Below are positions 9,389 through 18,780 of a stretch of DNA of 64,000 bases, piece after piece. This DNA comes from a virus, in IMG/VR virus record IMGVR_UViG_3300005613_000025, positions 1-64,000 of that record; one strand, written 5' to 3'. The notes beneath the pieces were generated by a model that did not search any database, was not told the DNA's origin, and saw only the letters and a program-made list of their open reading frames with translations. The translations under genes were made by a program, and so were the position numbers. Within the stretch, counting starts at the first letter, position 1. Each line of letters begins with the position of its first letter.

Positions 9389-10204
9389 ATGAGATATTTG
9401 AGACCATATGGTGTAATAAATGAGAAATATGATTATAAGATCAATTTCGTTGATAGGGGTAATAGATACAATGATATCAGATATACTTTTTTGAAATTGG
9501 TTCAGAAAGCCATACCACATGGACAGGAATCATATTACGAATCCTTCTTACCTGGTCTCAATAGGGATAAAATAGGTAATTTCTATGTGAAGATAGGTGA
9601 TTCTGATGTCATGTTCACATCACATCTTGATACTGCTTCAGATGATATGTTTGATATAGAGCAATTTGCTTACGAGTCTGCTGGTGATGAGATAATTCAT
9701 ACGGGCAAAAAAAGTATATTAGGAGCAGATGACAGGTCAGGAGTTGCTCTCATGTTGAAGATGTTGCATAATAGAATTCCAGGACTTTATTATTTTTTTA
9801 TCGGAGAAGAGCGAGGTTCAATTGGATCTAAATTCGTGAGAGAGAATTTTCACAACATAGAGCACATGACATCTTTGAATAAGTGTATATCTTTTGATAG
9901 GAGTGGTATTGACTCGATAATAACACATCAGGCAGGTGATACCTGTTGTTCGGATCAGTTTTCAAGTGCCATATTGAATGAATTCAATCTATCAGGTATG
10001 AGAATGAAAAAGGATCCGACAGGAGTTTGGACCGATTCAGCAACATTCATGGATGTGATACCTGAATGCACGAACATATCAGTTGGATATTACAACGAAC
10101 ATAGCGAGAATGAATATCAGAACATGACATTTTTGAATAAATTGTCTGATAGTGTTTTGAGAATTGATTGGAATTCACTACCTTCGTTGAGAAATAAGTG
10201 GTAA
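9389..10204 (+). CDS. Zn-dependent peptidase (M28/M20 clan)
   Basis: SHLDT, GADDRSG, GEERG, FDR, YYNEH motifs. Confidence 0.85.
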   Translation: MRYLRPYGVINEKYDYKINFVDRGNRYNDIRYTFLKLVQKAIPHGQESYYESFLPGLNRDKIGNFYVKIGDSDVMFTSHLDTASDDMFDIEQFAYESAGDEIIHTGKKSILGADDRSGVALMLKMLHNRIPGLYYFFIGEERGSIGSKFVRENFHNIEHMTSLNKCISFDRSGIDSIITHQAGDTCCSDQFSSAILNEFNLSGMRMKKDPTGVWTDSATFMDVIPECTNISVGYYNEHSENEYQNMTFLNKLSDSVLRIDWNSLPSLRNKW

Positions 10205-10773
10205 TGACGATACAGGATATTCTAAAGAGTTTGGATTTCACGGTCGGTGATATTAAAAGTAGAGTGAATTCTGGTGTGATATCATTGAATGGTGATATTG
10301 TAAATGATGTCAGGTTGGATATCGGTGAGGTATCACAAGTGATGTCGTTCGGACATTTTCTAAGTCACTTGAATTCACATATCAATTTCGGTGATTTCAC
10401 TCAATTCTTGAAAGTGTTCGGATTCGATGATATTATGCACAATTCCAGTAATATAAAGAACGAATTGACCTTGTTTCTCAATGATTGGTCACTTGTCAGA
10501 ACAAGTGCGTTTGATGGATTTTTCATAAAACATGGGCCATGTGAGGAAAATGGCATTTTATTTCACATTGAGGGAACTCCTGAATTTTTCAAACAGATTG
10601 TCGTCAATAAAAATCCGAACATTGATATTGATAAATTGAAAGCAGACCTTGAAAAAGTGAACAAACAATTGAGCAATCAAGGATTTTTGAACAATGCTCC
10701 AAAATTCAAGGTGGATCAGTGTATCAAAAGAAAGGAAAAGTTGGAAAAACAAATTATGGAATTTAATATATAA
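10198..10773 (+). CDS. Protein with S4-like N-terminus and ValRS C-terminal coiled-coil-like arm
   Basis: GDIKSRVNSGVISLNG (TyrRS-type S4-like); LEKVNKQLSNQGFLNNAP (ValRS C-terminal arm). Confidence 0.6.
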   Translation: MVMTIQDILKSLDFTVGDIKSRVNSGVISLNGDIVNDVRLDIGEVSQVMSFGHFLSHLNSHINFGDFTQFLKVFGFDDIMHNSSNIKNELTLFLNDWSLVRTSAFDGFFIKHGPCEENGILFHIEGTPEFFKQIVVNKNPNIDIDKLKADLEKVNKQLSNQGFLNNAPKFKVDQCIKRKEKLEKQIMEFNI

Positions 10774-10781
10774 GTGAATAT

Positions 10782-11154
10782 GGGGGCGTTTTGGCATTTG
10801 ACTCATAATGTTGAAAGGTTATCATGCAGGTATCGGTTTGTTAGTTTCCGATCATAAAAAATTGACATTTTAAGTAAACGGCAACGTTTCAACAGAAGTA
10901 GGAAACAGTGAAGATGTAGTAGCTGTCCTACAAAACAACTTGCTCGAGGTAAGAGAGCTTGAAGTAGCTTAATTGACACTTCATAAATCACTTCCGCTGA
11001 GTCACAACAGGTAAAAAGTGTGATAGTTTTTGTTGGTCTTTTTTGAGTCGAAAAACCAAATATTTTGTTGAATTTTGAAAAATTCTCCTAAACCTGTGAA
11101 CGAGTGATGTCGGTCAGTTATGAACACGAGGGTTCGAGTCCCTCCGCTTCCACC
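10782..11154 (+). ncRNA. ssrA: tmRNA
   Basis: 5' GGGGGCG pairs with 3' CGCTTCC-ACC (G3-U70); T-arm GAGGG-TTCGAGT-CCCTC; internal tag ORF 10880-10972; smpB is in the same window. Confidence 0.92.
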
Positions 11155-11184
11155 GGAGCCTTTACTTTTAATATATAGAATATT

Positions 11185-12054
11185 ATGAAAGTAAAGGCTT
11201 TTTCTGTATATCAAATAACTAATGAAATAAATGGTAAGATATATGTTGGTATCCATGAAACTTATGACCTTGGTGACGGTTATATGGGAAGTGGTAAGAT
11301 ATTACATCGAGCATATAAAAAATATGGTTTGGAAAATTTTAAAAAAGATATATTATATGTGTTTGATAATAAAAAAGATATGTTGGATAAAGAACGTGAG
11401 ATTGTTAATGTGGATTTTATAAAGAGGAAAGATACATATAATGTTATTGTTGGTGGAGTTTTAAATACATCTAATTTCGTAAATGTTAAAGATTCTAATG
11501 GTAACTGCTTTCTTGTTCCTATTGATGATGAGAGATATTTATCCGGTGAGTTGGTTGGTATAACAAAAGGATTTGTGAATGTAATGGATAATGACGGTAA
11601 TACATTCCAAGTTTCTTCCGAAGAATATTTAAATAATGATAATTTATCGGGTATTACCCGGAATATGGTAACTGTTAAAAATTCAGATGGTGATACTTTT
11701 AATGTGTCTATTGATGATGAGAGATATCTTTCTGGTGAATTAGTAGGTGTAACCAAAGGTTATGTAACAGTTGTTGATCCAAATGGGGATGTCAAGCGTG
11801 TGTCTGTGGATTGTGAAGAATATTTGAATGGTACTTATAAAAAGTATAAAGTCCCCGGCAAAAAACATACTTCTGAAACAAAAGAACGAATAAGTATTTC
11901 TAAGAAAGGCAAGGGTTGTGGTTCAGATAATTCACAATATGGTACTAAATGGGTCTATTCTATGTCGTTAAAGATGAATAAGAAGATAGGTGTTGATGAA
12001 TTGGATAATTATCTATCAGATGGGTGGTTAATTGGTAGGAAGATGTCTTTTTGA
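11185..12054 (+). CDS. GIY-YIG (Seg-like) homing endonuclease
   Basis: VYQITNEINGKIYVGIH...GYMGSG; repeated DDERYLSGELVG units; KHTSETKERIS (NUMOD3-like). Confidence 0.88.
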   Translation: MKVKAFSVYQITNEINGKIYVGIHETYDLGDGYMGSGKILHRAYKKYGLENFKKDILYVFDNKKDMLDKEREIVNVDFIKRKDTYNVIVGGVLNTSNFVNVKDSNGNCFLVPIDDERYLSGELVGITKGFVNVMDNDGNTFQVSSEEYLNNDNLSGITRNMVTVKNSDGDTFNVSIDDERYLSGELVGVTKGYVTVVDPNGDVKRVSVDCEEYLNGTYKKYKVPGKKHTSETKERISISKKGKGCGSDNSQYGTKWVYSMSLKMNKKIGVDELDNYLSDGWLIGRKMSF

Positions 12055-12123
12055 TACAACAATTCCATTTATTTATAATAGAAGGGTATGGAATCAAATC
12101 AAGAAAGAATTGACCAATAGAGT

Positions 12124-12660
12124 ATGATAGAAAAATTCAAAGGTAGATATTACTTTCTTTCAAACTTTTACCCTTGTAAGGTAAAGCATCGTGGTATTGA
12201 GTACCCATCTGTTGAGCATTATTATGTTGCTCAGAAAATAAAGGGTATTCAACATTATCAAGGTCAATATTTCACAGAAACCGATTTCAAAGAATTATTG
12301 TCAAAGGTGAAAAATCCAGCTGATGTGAAGAAAATGGGAAGTGCCTTGAAATTGAGATCAGATTGGAATGATATAAAGTTCGGTGTCATGTTGTTCGGTG
12401 TTGAATATAAATTCTCAAAGGATGAGAAATTAAAGGAAATGTTGTTATCTACTGGTGACGAGCAGATAATTGAAGGTAATTTTTGGCACGATAATTTTTG
12501 GGGAAATTGCTCTTGTGATAAATGTAAAAATATTAATGGAGAGAACAATCTTGGAAAGATATTGATGCGAGTGAGGGAAGATATAAGGCCAAAAAAACAA
12601 TCAAGTTTCGAGGATATGATAAATGAGAATTTCTTCAGATCATCTGGGTCTGAAGAATGA
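12124..12660 (+). CDS. NADAR (YbiA-like) hydrolase
   Basis: FLSNFY, SVEHYY.AQK, LLSTG, EGN.WHDNFWG, GENNLGKILM. Confidence 0.92.
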   Translation: MIEKFKGRYYFLSNFYPCKVKHRGIEYPSVEHYYVAQKIKGIQHYQGQYFTETDFKELLSKVKNPADVKKMGSALKLRSDWNDIKFGVMLFGVEYKFSKDEKLKEMLLSTGDEQIIEGNFWHDNFWGNCSCDKCKNINGENNLGKILMRVREDIRPKKQSSFEDMINENFFRSSGSEE

Positions 12661-13053
12661 TATTCCAGTGTGTATATTCTTGTGTCCGTTTGGTTTCGAT
12701 TCTATATAGAAATAATTCAATATCAGTCCAAGATCATCGATCACTCTGTTCGTGAATTTTTTCATTTCTTCATAAACCTCTATATACATTTCAATTGATC
12801 GGTCAATATCAGTGAAGTCACGACCATGTTCTTGTTCATATGCCTCATATACCCCGAATTTTGCCTTTGATGTTATCATGATCCTGTATTCGTCATATCC
12901 TGTTGTGTAAGATTCATATCCCCACATTTCAACATTATCTACGATATCTTCAATATCACTTATCAGAAAGTTCAATTTTTCCAAAGTAGGATCATCTTTT
13001 GGAAAATGATCACCTTTGGCTTCAAATGTTCTGAAATTTTCTATTCTTGACAT
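12640..13053 (-). CDS. Hypothetical protein with capsid-targeting-like N-terminus
   Basis: MSRIENFRTFEA; upstream TATATA box. Confidence 0.6.
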   Translation of the reverse strand: MSRIENFRTFEAKGDHFPKDDPTLEKLNFLISDIEDIVDNVEMWGYESYTTGYDEYRIMITSKAKFGVYEAYEQEHGRDFTDIDRSIEMYIEVYEEMKKFTNRVIDDLGLILNYFYIESKPNGHKNIHTGISFFRPR

Positions 13054-13163
13054 ATAATATATATATTAACTACTCATTGTCTAAATACCAATGAGTTGTT
13101 TTTTTATCACACAAGATAAATACTTGTGTGTTTTAATATTTAATATAAAAATGAAAATTAGAC

Positions 13164-13376
13164 TTATACACCTAAAAGTTTTAATTTATAATTTCGAGTT
13201 TCTTTAAGAGAGAAGACCAAACCAACAAATTCAAGTCCGATTTGATTGATAGGAGATTCGTATGAAACACCATTATGTATCAGATTAGATTCTGAATTGA
13301 CAATTATCTTATCACTTTTCTTAATATTCATTCTTCCGAATAAATTCACATCTTTTTCTGCTATAAATACTTTCAT
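13164..13376 (-). CDS. Small hypothetical protein with C-terminal RxxKLxxL tag
   Basis: Ends RNYKLKLLGV; upstream TATATTTG box; start moved to ATG 13376. Confidence 0.55.
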   Translation of the reverse strand: MKVFIAEKDVNLFGRMNIKKSDKIIVNSESNLIHNGVSYESPINQIGLEFVGLVFSLKETRNYKLKLLGV

Positions 13377-13464
13377 GTTTTTAAATTTAATTATTGAATC
13401 ACAAATATAGATGATTATTTTCAAAAATCAAAGAATAGTTATCATTTTTTTAATATATATTAAT

Positions 13465-14256
13465 ATGAAATTCTTAAAATCATTCAGATTGTACGAGTCG
13501 GTCAGTGATTTCACAATAAACGATGTCGCATGGCTTTATTTCCTAAAATGCACATATGATGGTAAAATGAGTGTTGATCGTTGGAAAGGAGATAAAAGAA
13601 TGGGTGTTGATATAGATATCGCGTTTGAAAAATTCGACTTTGTGAATAAAATGAATGGTTGGTATAGAATATCTGATGAAAAAAAGGCAGATAAAATCAT
13701 AAACAAATACTTTGGAACAAAGAATTTCAAAGAGGCAGTTCGTAAAAAGATCGAATCCAATAACACCATGGTAAGAGGTATACCATATGATTATTTCATG
13801 TGGAAGAATCCCAATATAGAGACAGCATTTGATAGAATATCCGATAGGATCGTTGAGCATTTCAATTCACAGGGTTGTTATCAGATGATTCTTGAAAAAT
13901 TAAGCAGATCAAGAAGGTTGAAAGAATGGAATTTTAAAACGTTCTTTGATATGTTCCCTGATGAGCCAAGGACAATCACATTATACAGAGGAATAAAAAA
14001 AGAATATGAACCAAAAAGAAACGAAAAAGGATTTTCTTGTTGGACAACTGATAGAAAACAGGCCGAAAGGTTTGCAAGACATCACTTCACCGGTGGCATG
14101 CAATTTGATCCTATTTATTCCAAGGCGCCACATATATTGACAACCGAGGTAACATTTGATGATGTTGCTGTTTTCATAGGAGGTGATGAATCTGAGGTCA
14201 TATTGAGAAATCCTGTGAACATTTCAAATATTGAAAAGATAGAACGATTAAACTAA
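13465..14256 (+). CDS. Putative ADP-ribosyltransferase (R-S-E type), probably packaged in the head
   Basis: TLYRGI...FSCWTT...ESEVIL; N-terminus MKFLKSFRLYES. Confidence 0.6.
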   Translation: MKFLKSFRLYESVSDFTINDVAWLYFLKCTYDGKMSVDRWKGDKRMGVDIDIAFEKFDFVNKMNGWYRISDEKKADKIINKYFGTKNFKEAVRKKIESNNTMVRGIPYDYFMWKNPNIETAFDRISDRIVEHFNSQGCYQMILEKLSRSRRLKEWNFKTFFDMFPDEPRTITLYRGIKKEYEPKRNEKGFSCWTTDRKQAERFARHHFTGGMQFDPIYSKAPHILTTEVTFDDVAVFIGGDESEVILRNPVNISNIEKIERLN

Positions 14257-14301
14257 GTCTCACATACATCATATAATTTATCTAAATCAAATTAAGAAAA
14301 T

Positions 14302-14391
14302 ATGGTAGATATAGTAATTGGAATGCAATTCGGTGATGAGGGCAAAGGTAAGATAGTGGATTATTTGGCCGATAACTATGATGTTATATAA
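14302..14391 (+). pseudogene. purA: 29-codon N-terminal fragment of adenylosuccinate synthetase
   Basis: [29 protein letters not shown]; no continuation seen. Confidence 0.85.
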
Positions 14392-14408
14392 AAACGATAT
14401 GAAAAAAG

Positions 14409-14753
14409 TTGATGTACTATCTGACCATATATGATAAAGATTCTGAGATCGAATTGAGAGTTGACCAAATCAATAATATGTTAACTGGGAAATACATATT
14501 AAGTTGCAGTTCAAAATTATCACATCGTGTTTGGGGAGAATATGTTGCATCGATAAACATACAGAACATAACAAAAATAGGTATCTGTAAAATACTTGAA
14601 GTAGAGACCGATTACATACAACAACCATTTGATGGTCCTCGTAAGTCAGTTGAAGTGGTACACAGATATGAAATTGTATTCACAATAAATAATGAGGTCA
14701 GCTCAGTAAAGCAATTGCAAAGGCGAATGAAACTGCGTGATATACTGAATTGA
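14409..14753 (+). CDS. Hypothetical protein with C-terminal RxxKLxxIL tag
   Basis: Ends QRRMKLRDILN. Confidence 0.6.
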   Translation: MMYYLTIYDKDSEIELRVDQINNMLTGKYILSCSSKLSHRVWGEYVASINIQNITKIGICKILEVETDYIQQPFDGPRKSVEVVHRYEIVFTINNEVSSVKQLQRRMKLRDILN

Positions 14754-14754
14754 T

Positions 14755-14919
14755 CTAAATGTGTTTTTTGATTATTTCTTCTAAGAAGTCTTTCACCTTT
14801 ATATTATTTGACTTGCAATGATCCTTTACCTTTTTGTGTAATTCCTTTGATATTTGAAATGTTGATAGCTTGGAATTGTAAATTCTCTTTGATTCTGAAT
14901 ATTTATCATTTTTTTCCAT
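14755..14919 (-). CDS. Small ribbon-helix-helix-like protein (54 aa)
   Basis: MEKNDKYSESKRIYNSKLSTFQISKELHKKVKDHCKSNNIKVKDFLEEIIKKHI*; below the ORF-track cutoff. Confidence 0.55.
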   Translation of the reverse strand: MEKNDKYSESKRIYNSKLSTFQISKELHKKVKDHCKSNNIKVKDFLEEIIKKHI

Positions 14920-14975
14920 AGGAAGGAGTTGTTTTTTAATATATAGATTATATCAAAAAAAATAAACAAGGTTTC

Positions 14976-15308
14976 ATGAGAGGTGTGTTCGATGGTGATG
15001 GATGTATATCACTCAGAACAGATAAGAGAGATAATTCTCAAAGGGGCCAGGTCAATCTGTGTTCCGGTAGTTACGATTTCATCAAAGAATACTATGATAG
15101 ATTGGTGAAGTATTGTTGTTTGTCTGGTAAAAATAAGATTAGAAATCCCAAAGGGTCATATTATGTTGTTGATTGGGGTAAGATGTCGGATGTTGAAAAA
15201 ATATATCAATTTTTCTACAAAGATTCCAATGTATATCTCAAAAGAAAAAAAGAAACATTCGATAGGGTTTATGATATAATAAAAGTAAAAAATAAATATA
15301 GGAAATAA
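14976..15308 (+). CDS. LAGLIDADG endonuclease, single or truncated domain
   Basis: MRGVFDGDGCI start, YLKRK end; only one LAGLIDADG motif. Confidence 0.75.
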   Translation: MRGVFDGDGCISLRTDKRDNSQRGQVNLCSGSYDFIKEYYDRLVKYCCLSGKNKIRNPKGSYYVVDWGKMSDVEKIYQFFYKDSNVYLKRKKETFDRVYDIIKVKNKYRK

Positions 15309-16253
15309 ATGGCGATGTTAAGTTATTTTGGAGGCAAGAGTTCTAAAGATTTTATGGAACTTATCAATTCACGGATACCGAAAAGTGGAATAAAAACATA
15401 TGTTGAACCGTTCAGTGGTTCATTTGCAACTTACATGGATGACAAGTCGATATATTTCGATCAGGTCATATACAATGATAAGAACCGACATCAGGTGAAT
15501 CTTTATAGATGTTGTAAAGATCCTGAGAAGTTACTTGAAGCAATTGATGAGTTGAAATCAACTTTATTGAAGACCGACATCACTGACCTTGAAGAAAAGC
15601 GTATTTTCTATCGTGGTATATACAAAGAGTATATTCAGAATGATTTTCTTGATGATATGAATTTCGAGATCGGTGATTTCAAAAAGGCGGCCATTTATGC
15701 ATTTTTGATAACGTCTTCTTTCTCAGGTGTTTATCCAAGAGGTGGTGGATTTGTTGGATTCAATAAGAAAAAGGATGAGTTGAAGCTTGAAGTTCTCGTC
15801 AGAAAATTGAAAACAAACAAGTATGGTAAAAAAATTGAATCCATAACAGCTTTTCATAATATGGATTTCGAAGAGTTGATAAGGAAATATGATTCAGATG
15901 AAACTTATCTTTATCTTGATCCACCGTATTACAGATTCGATGAAAAGACCGGTGGTGATGATGCCAGAAGATTGTTCTGGTACGGAAGTGATTCTGATGA
16001 TGTTTTCGGACCGGCCTCTCACAGAAGATTACTTGAACTCATAAAGGAGACAAAGGCAAGGTGGTCACTTTCGTATTATTACTTTCCATTGCTTGAAGAA
16101 TTGTTACCAAAGGATCAATATTTCTGGTTTGAAAAAGAAGTAAGAAGAAGTTCAGCACAAGGTGGTAACAACTCAGATTCAAAAAAGGTTGCAGAAAAAG
16201 GAGTTGAACTTTTGATATGTAACTATGATCCAACGACAGGTGAAAAAATATGA
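15309..16253 (+). CDS. DNA adenine methyltransferase (Dam/D12 class)
   Basis: YFGGK, YVEPFSGS, YND, YLDPPY, ELLICNY. Confidence 0.92.
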   Translation: MAMLSYFGGKSSKDFMELINSRIPKSGIKTYVEPFSGSFATYMDDKSIYFDQVIYNDKNRHQVNLYRCCKDPEKLLEAIDELKSTLLKTDITDLEEKRIFYRGIYKEYIQNDFLDDMNFEIGDFKKAAIYAFLITSSFSGVYPRGGGFVGFNKKKDELKLEVLVRKLKTNKYGKKIESITAFHNMDFEELIRKYDSDETYLYLDPPYYRFDEKTGGDDARRLFWYGSDSDDVFGPASHRRLLELIKETKARWSLSYYYFPLLEELLPKDQYFWFEKEVRRSSAQGGNNSDSKKVAEKGVELLICNYDPTTGEKI

Positions 16254-16951
16254 CATATGAAGAGGAAATAAAGGATTGTATCGCGGCCAAGTTCAATGAA
16301 TCTGAATTTATTGAGTGTGGTGATATCAATAAAAATATCCCGATAGCACAATCAATGCAAGTATCTGTTCAACTTGATAGGAATATCGATTTTGATTATA
16401 TTACACATCTTATTGATGTTGCAAAACAGAATTTTTCGATCGAGATAAATAAACTGATATTGAAAGACTTTAAAAAGCTGAGTCCCTTTGTAATTGATCG
16501 AAGAGATTCGAAAGATATGAACACATATGAGTTATCGAATTCTGTTTTAAGGGAATTTGTTTATATCTGTAAAGGCAAGGGTCGGTCAATAACATCTTCA
16601 AAAGTTGTCATCGAATTACTTGAAACATCTTCTCAATATGAATTTTATAAGAACACCAGTTTGTCAAGTTCTCTGAGATGTGTTGGTAGAATTTATGATA
16701 TTGGTATTTTTGTTGATTCATATCTTGCTTGGTCAGAAAATTTTATTATGCATTTCAGCTCTCTCGATTACAATATCGAATTGGATAATGTTACATTTGG
16801 TGATGATCATGTTTTATCGGTCGGTATAAAATATGGATATCAAATTGACGATCCTAAGATGATATACATATTCACAGATGAACTCAATGATAATGTTGAT
16901 GTACTTGTCAGGCATCAAAGACGGGAAAAGATAAAAAAGTTACTGAACTGA
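16250..16951 (+). CDS. Divergent truncated major-capsid-protein paralog with C-terminal tag
   Basis: LRCVGRIYDIGIFVDSYLAWSENFI vs MCP LYPVGQIGDIQIYVDPYMKYNDNRI; ends QRREKIKKLLN. Confidence 0.65.
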   Translation: MTYEEEIKDCIAAKFNESEFIECGDINKNIPIAQSMQVSVQLDRNIDFDYITHLIDVAKQNFSIEINKLILKDFKKLSPFVIDRRDSKDMNTYELSNSVLREFVYICKGKGRSITSSKVVIELLETSSQYEFYKNTSLSSSLRCVGRIYDIGIFVDSYLAWSENFIMHFSSLDYNIELDNVTFGDDHVLSVGIKYGYQIDDPKMIYIFTDELNDNVDVLVRHQRREKIKKLLN

Positions 16952-17008
16952 AAAAAGAAACCCTGATAAAAAGTCTATCAGGGTCGGTCATAGAATGCTA
17001 TTCTATGA
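16951..17008. terminator. Terminator hairpin between convergent genes plus a second hairpin
   Basis: ACCCTGATA/TATCAGGGT with minus-strand U tract; TCATAGAAT/ATTCTATGA. Confidence 0.7.
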
Positions 17009-17012
17009 GTGG

Positions 17013-17420
17013 TTATCGTTTCATTTGTTCTTTAAGATAGTCTGCTGCATCATATAATCCAAGTCTATTTGCAACAAAAGTAAGTTCTTCCAATTGAGTT
17101 TCTGTATCATATTGTGCCTGTCTTTGTTGTGGTATGTTTTTCTTGACCATTTCGATTATATCTGAGTCATAGACGAATGATTCTTCGAACTGATCAAGTC
17201 GATCCTCGACATCTTCTATACCTACATCATCCAATTTCTTGGTTACTTTATTATATTTGAGTTTTCTTTCTTTTTGGCCTACTTCAAGTTCATTCTTTTT
17301 GAATGATCGTTTCATTTTTTTAAGTTCTTCTTTTTCGTCTGGGAGGCTCTGTAAGAAGTCTTTGAAATTTGCCATTTTTCTGTCACCGGCATTGAATGTT
17401 GGTTGATTATCTTTATACAT
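17013..17420 (-). CDS. Hypothetical protein
   Basis: ORF in a minus-strand operon. Confidence 0.65.
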   Translation of the reverse strand: MYKDNQPTFNAGDRKMANFKDFLQSLPDEKEELKKMKRSFKKNELEVGQKERKLKYNKVTKKLDDVGIEDVEDRLDQFEESFVYDSDIIEMVKKNIPQQRQAQYDTETQLEELTFVANRLGLYDAADYLKEQMKR

Positions 17421-17437
17421 GTTACTATATATTATTT

Positions 17438-18085
17438 TTATTTTTCAAAAAATTTAATTATCACTGAACTTCCATCTATCGTTTTTTTCATATCCACACC
17501 GTCCATATCAATTTGCCTCAATAGAAGTTTCAATCTTCTGTCAGTGAATGTCCATGTTGAACTGATCAATGTCAGAGTATTCTCTGATTCATCAAATTCG
17601 GTCCAAGTGTCATTTGAGAAGTCAGATTTTGATTTTAAAAGTCTTGATCTGATCTCAAGATAGATATCGTGTAATTTATTCTCTTTCTTTTCAACTTCCT
17701 TGTCTGTAAGTATATAGATATCTATTACTGATATATACTTACTTGTTCTTAACTTTACTCGTGTATCGAAATATTTTGTGATATTGGATATGGCAGAAAA
17801 AACATCCTTGTCTTTATTCGGTATCAGATATAATTGTTGTCCAACACTCTTTGGTGCCATGTTCTCCATTAAGCTTATCGATATCTTGTGACAGAATTTA
17901 TCCCTATTACTTGTAGGTTCTCTGAATAATAGTCCAGATCCATCGGATTCTATACCTTTTTCAAGTGAACTTTCTGAGAAGTAACCTTTTTGGTGATCAT
18001 ACTTGATCAATTCATCATCCAATTCTTGAAGTATTATATCCTCTACATGTGAGGAATCGATCGATTCATTGAATTTTCTGATCAT
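17438..18085 (-). CDS. Hypothetical protein with capsid-targeting-like N-terminus
   Basis: MIRKFNES. Confidence 0.7.
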   Translation of the reverse strand: MIRKFNESIDSSHVEDIILQELDDELIKYDHQKGYFSESSLEKGIESDGSGLLFREPTSNRDKFCHKISISLMENMAPKSVGQQLYLIPNKDKDVFSAISNITKYFDTRVKLRTSKYISVIDIYILTDKEVEKKENKLHDIYLEIRSRLLKSKSDFSNDTWTEFDESENTLTLISSTWTFTDRRLKLLLRQIDMDGVDMKKTIDGSSVIIKFFEK

Positions 18086-18087
18086 TT

Positions 18088-18780
18088 TTATCCTTTTAAT
18101 TTTTTGTCAAGTATTTTTGCAATATTCGATCCTATCATAAAGTGAATGTTCTGAAGTGAATCAGATTCCTCTGTTGTTATCTCGTCCATGAATTTAAAGT
18201 TGAATCTGTATGTATCAGGTTCTTCATCATCACTTTCTCTGTCAACCTTATATATTGACACATCGAATTTGTAATTGTTATTTATGTTTATCTCAAAGTC
18301 AAATGTGGTTGAGTCACATGGTTGTGTTTTGAATTTCGGTTCATATTTTACATCGAAAACCGAATATTCGGTTATTTCTGCTCTTCTCATGTAATAATTC
18401 AAGAACATGGCCGGTGCTTCGATAAAGTCACTCAATATCTTGATATCATCACCGAAATTGTTCTGTTCGACAATATTCGCTATTTTATTTTTCATGTCTA
18501 TCACATTTTGAAAGTCCATTTTATGGTAAATGCAGTTTATGTCATATAGATAGGTGAATGACTTATCTATCAATAACCGTTTCTCAAGATCTGTCTTGAA
18601 TATGAACTTTGTGTGTATTATCATTGTTTCTTCAACTGATAACCCATGTATCGTTATCACAAGGCGATAGAATTTCTCATCATTTGAAATCTCGTAAACG
18701 GTCTCAAGTGATTGTGCCATCCCATCTTCTTCTTGGAAAATGTCTTTGAATGCTTGTTCTACTTCTGCTATTCTTATCAT
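18088..18780 (-). CDS. Hypothetical protein
   Basis: 230-aa ORF coupled to its neighbours. Confidence 0.7.
   Translation of the reverse strand: MIRIAEVEQAFKDIFQEEDGMAQSLETVYEISNDEKFYRLVITIHGLSVEETMIIHTKFIFKTDLEKRLLIDKSFTYLYDINCIYHKMDFQNVIDMKNKIANIVEQNNFGDDIKILSDFIEAPAMFLNYYMRRAEITEYSVFDVKYEPKFKTQPCDSTTFDFEININNNYKFDVSIYKVDRESDDEEPDTYRFNFKFMDEITTEESDSLQNIHFMIGSNIAKILDKKLKG

Noticed and set aside
14302-14391. PurZ (2-aminoadenine DNA pathway)
   Set aside because: The motif is GDEGKG (PurA type) rather than GSTGKG, and the ORF is truncated.
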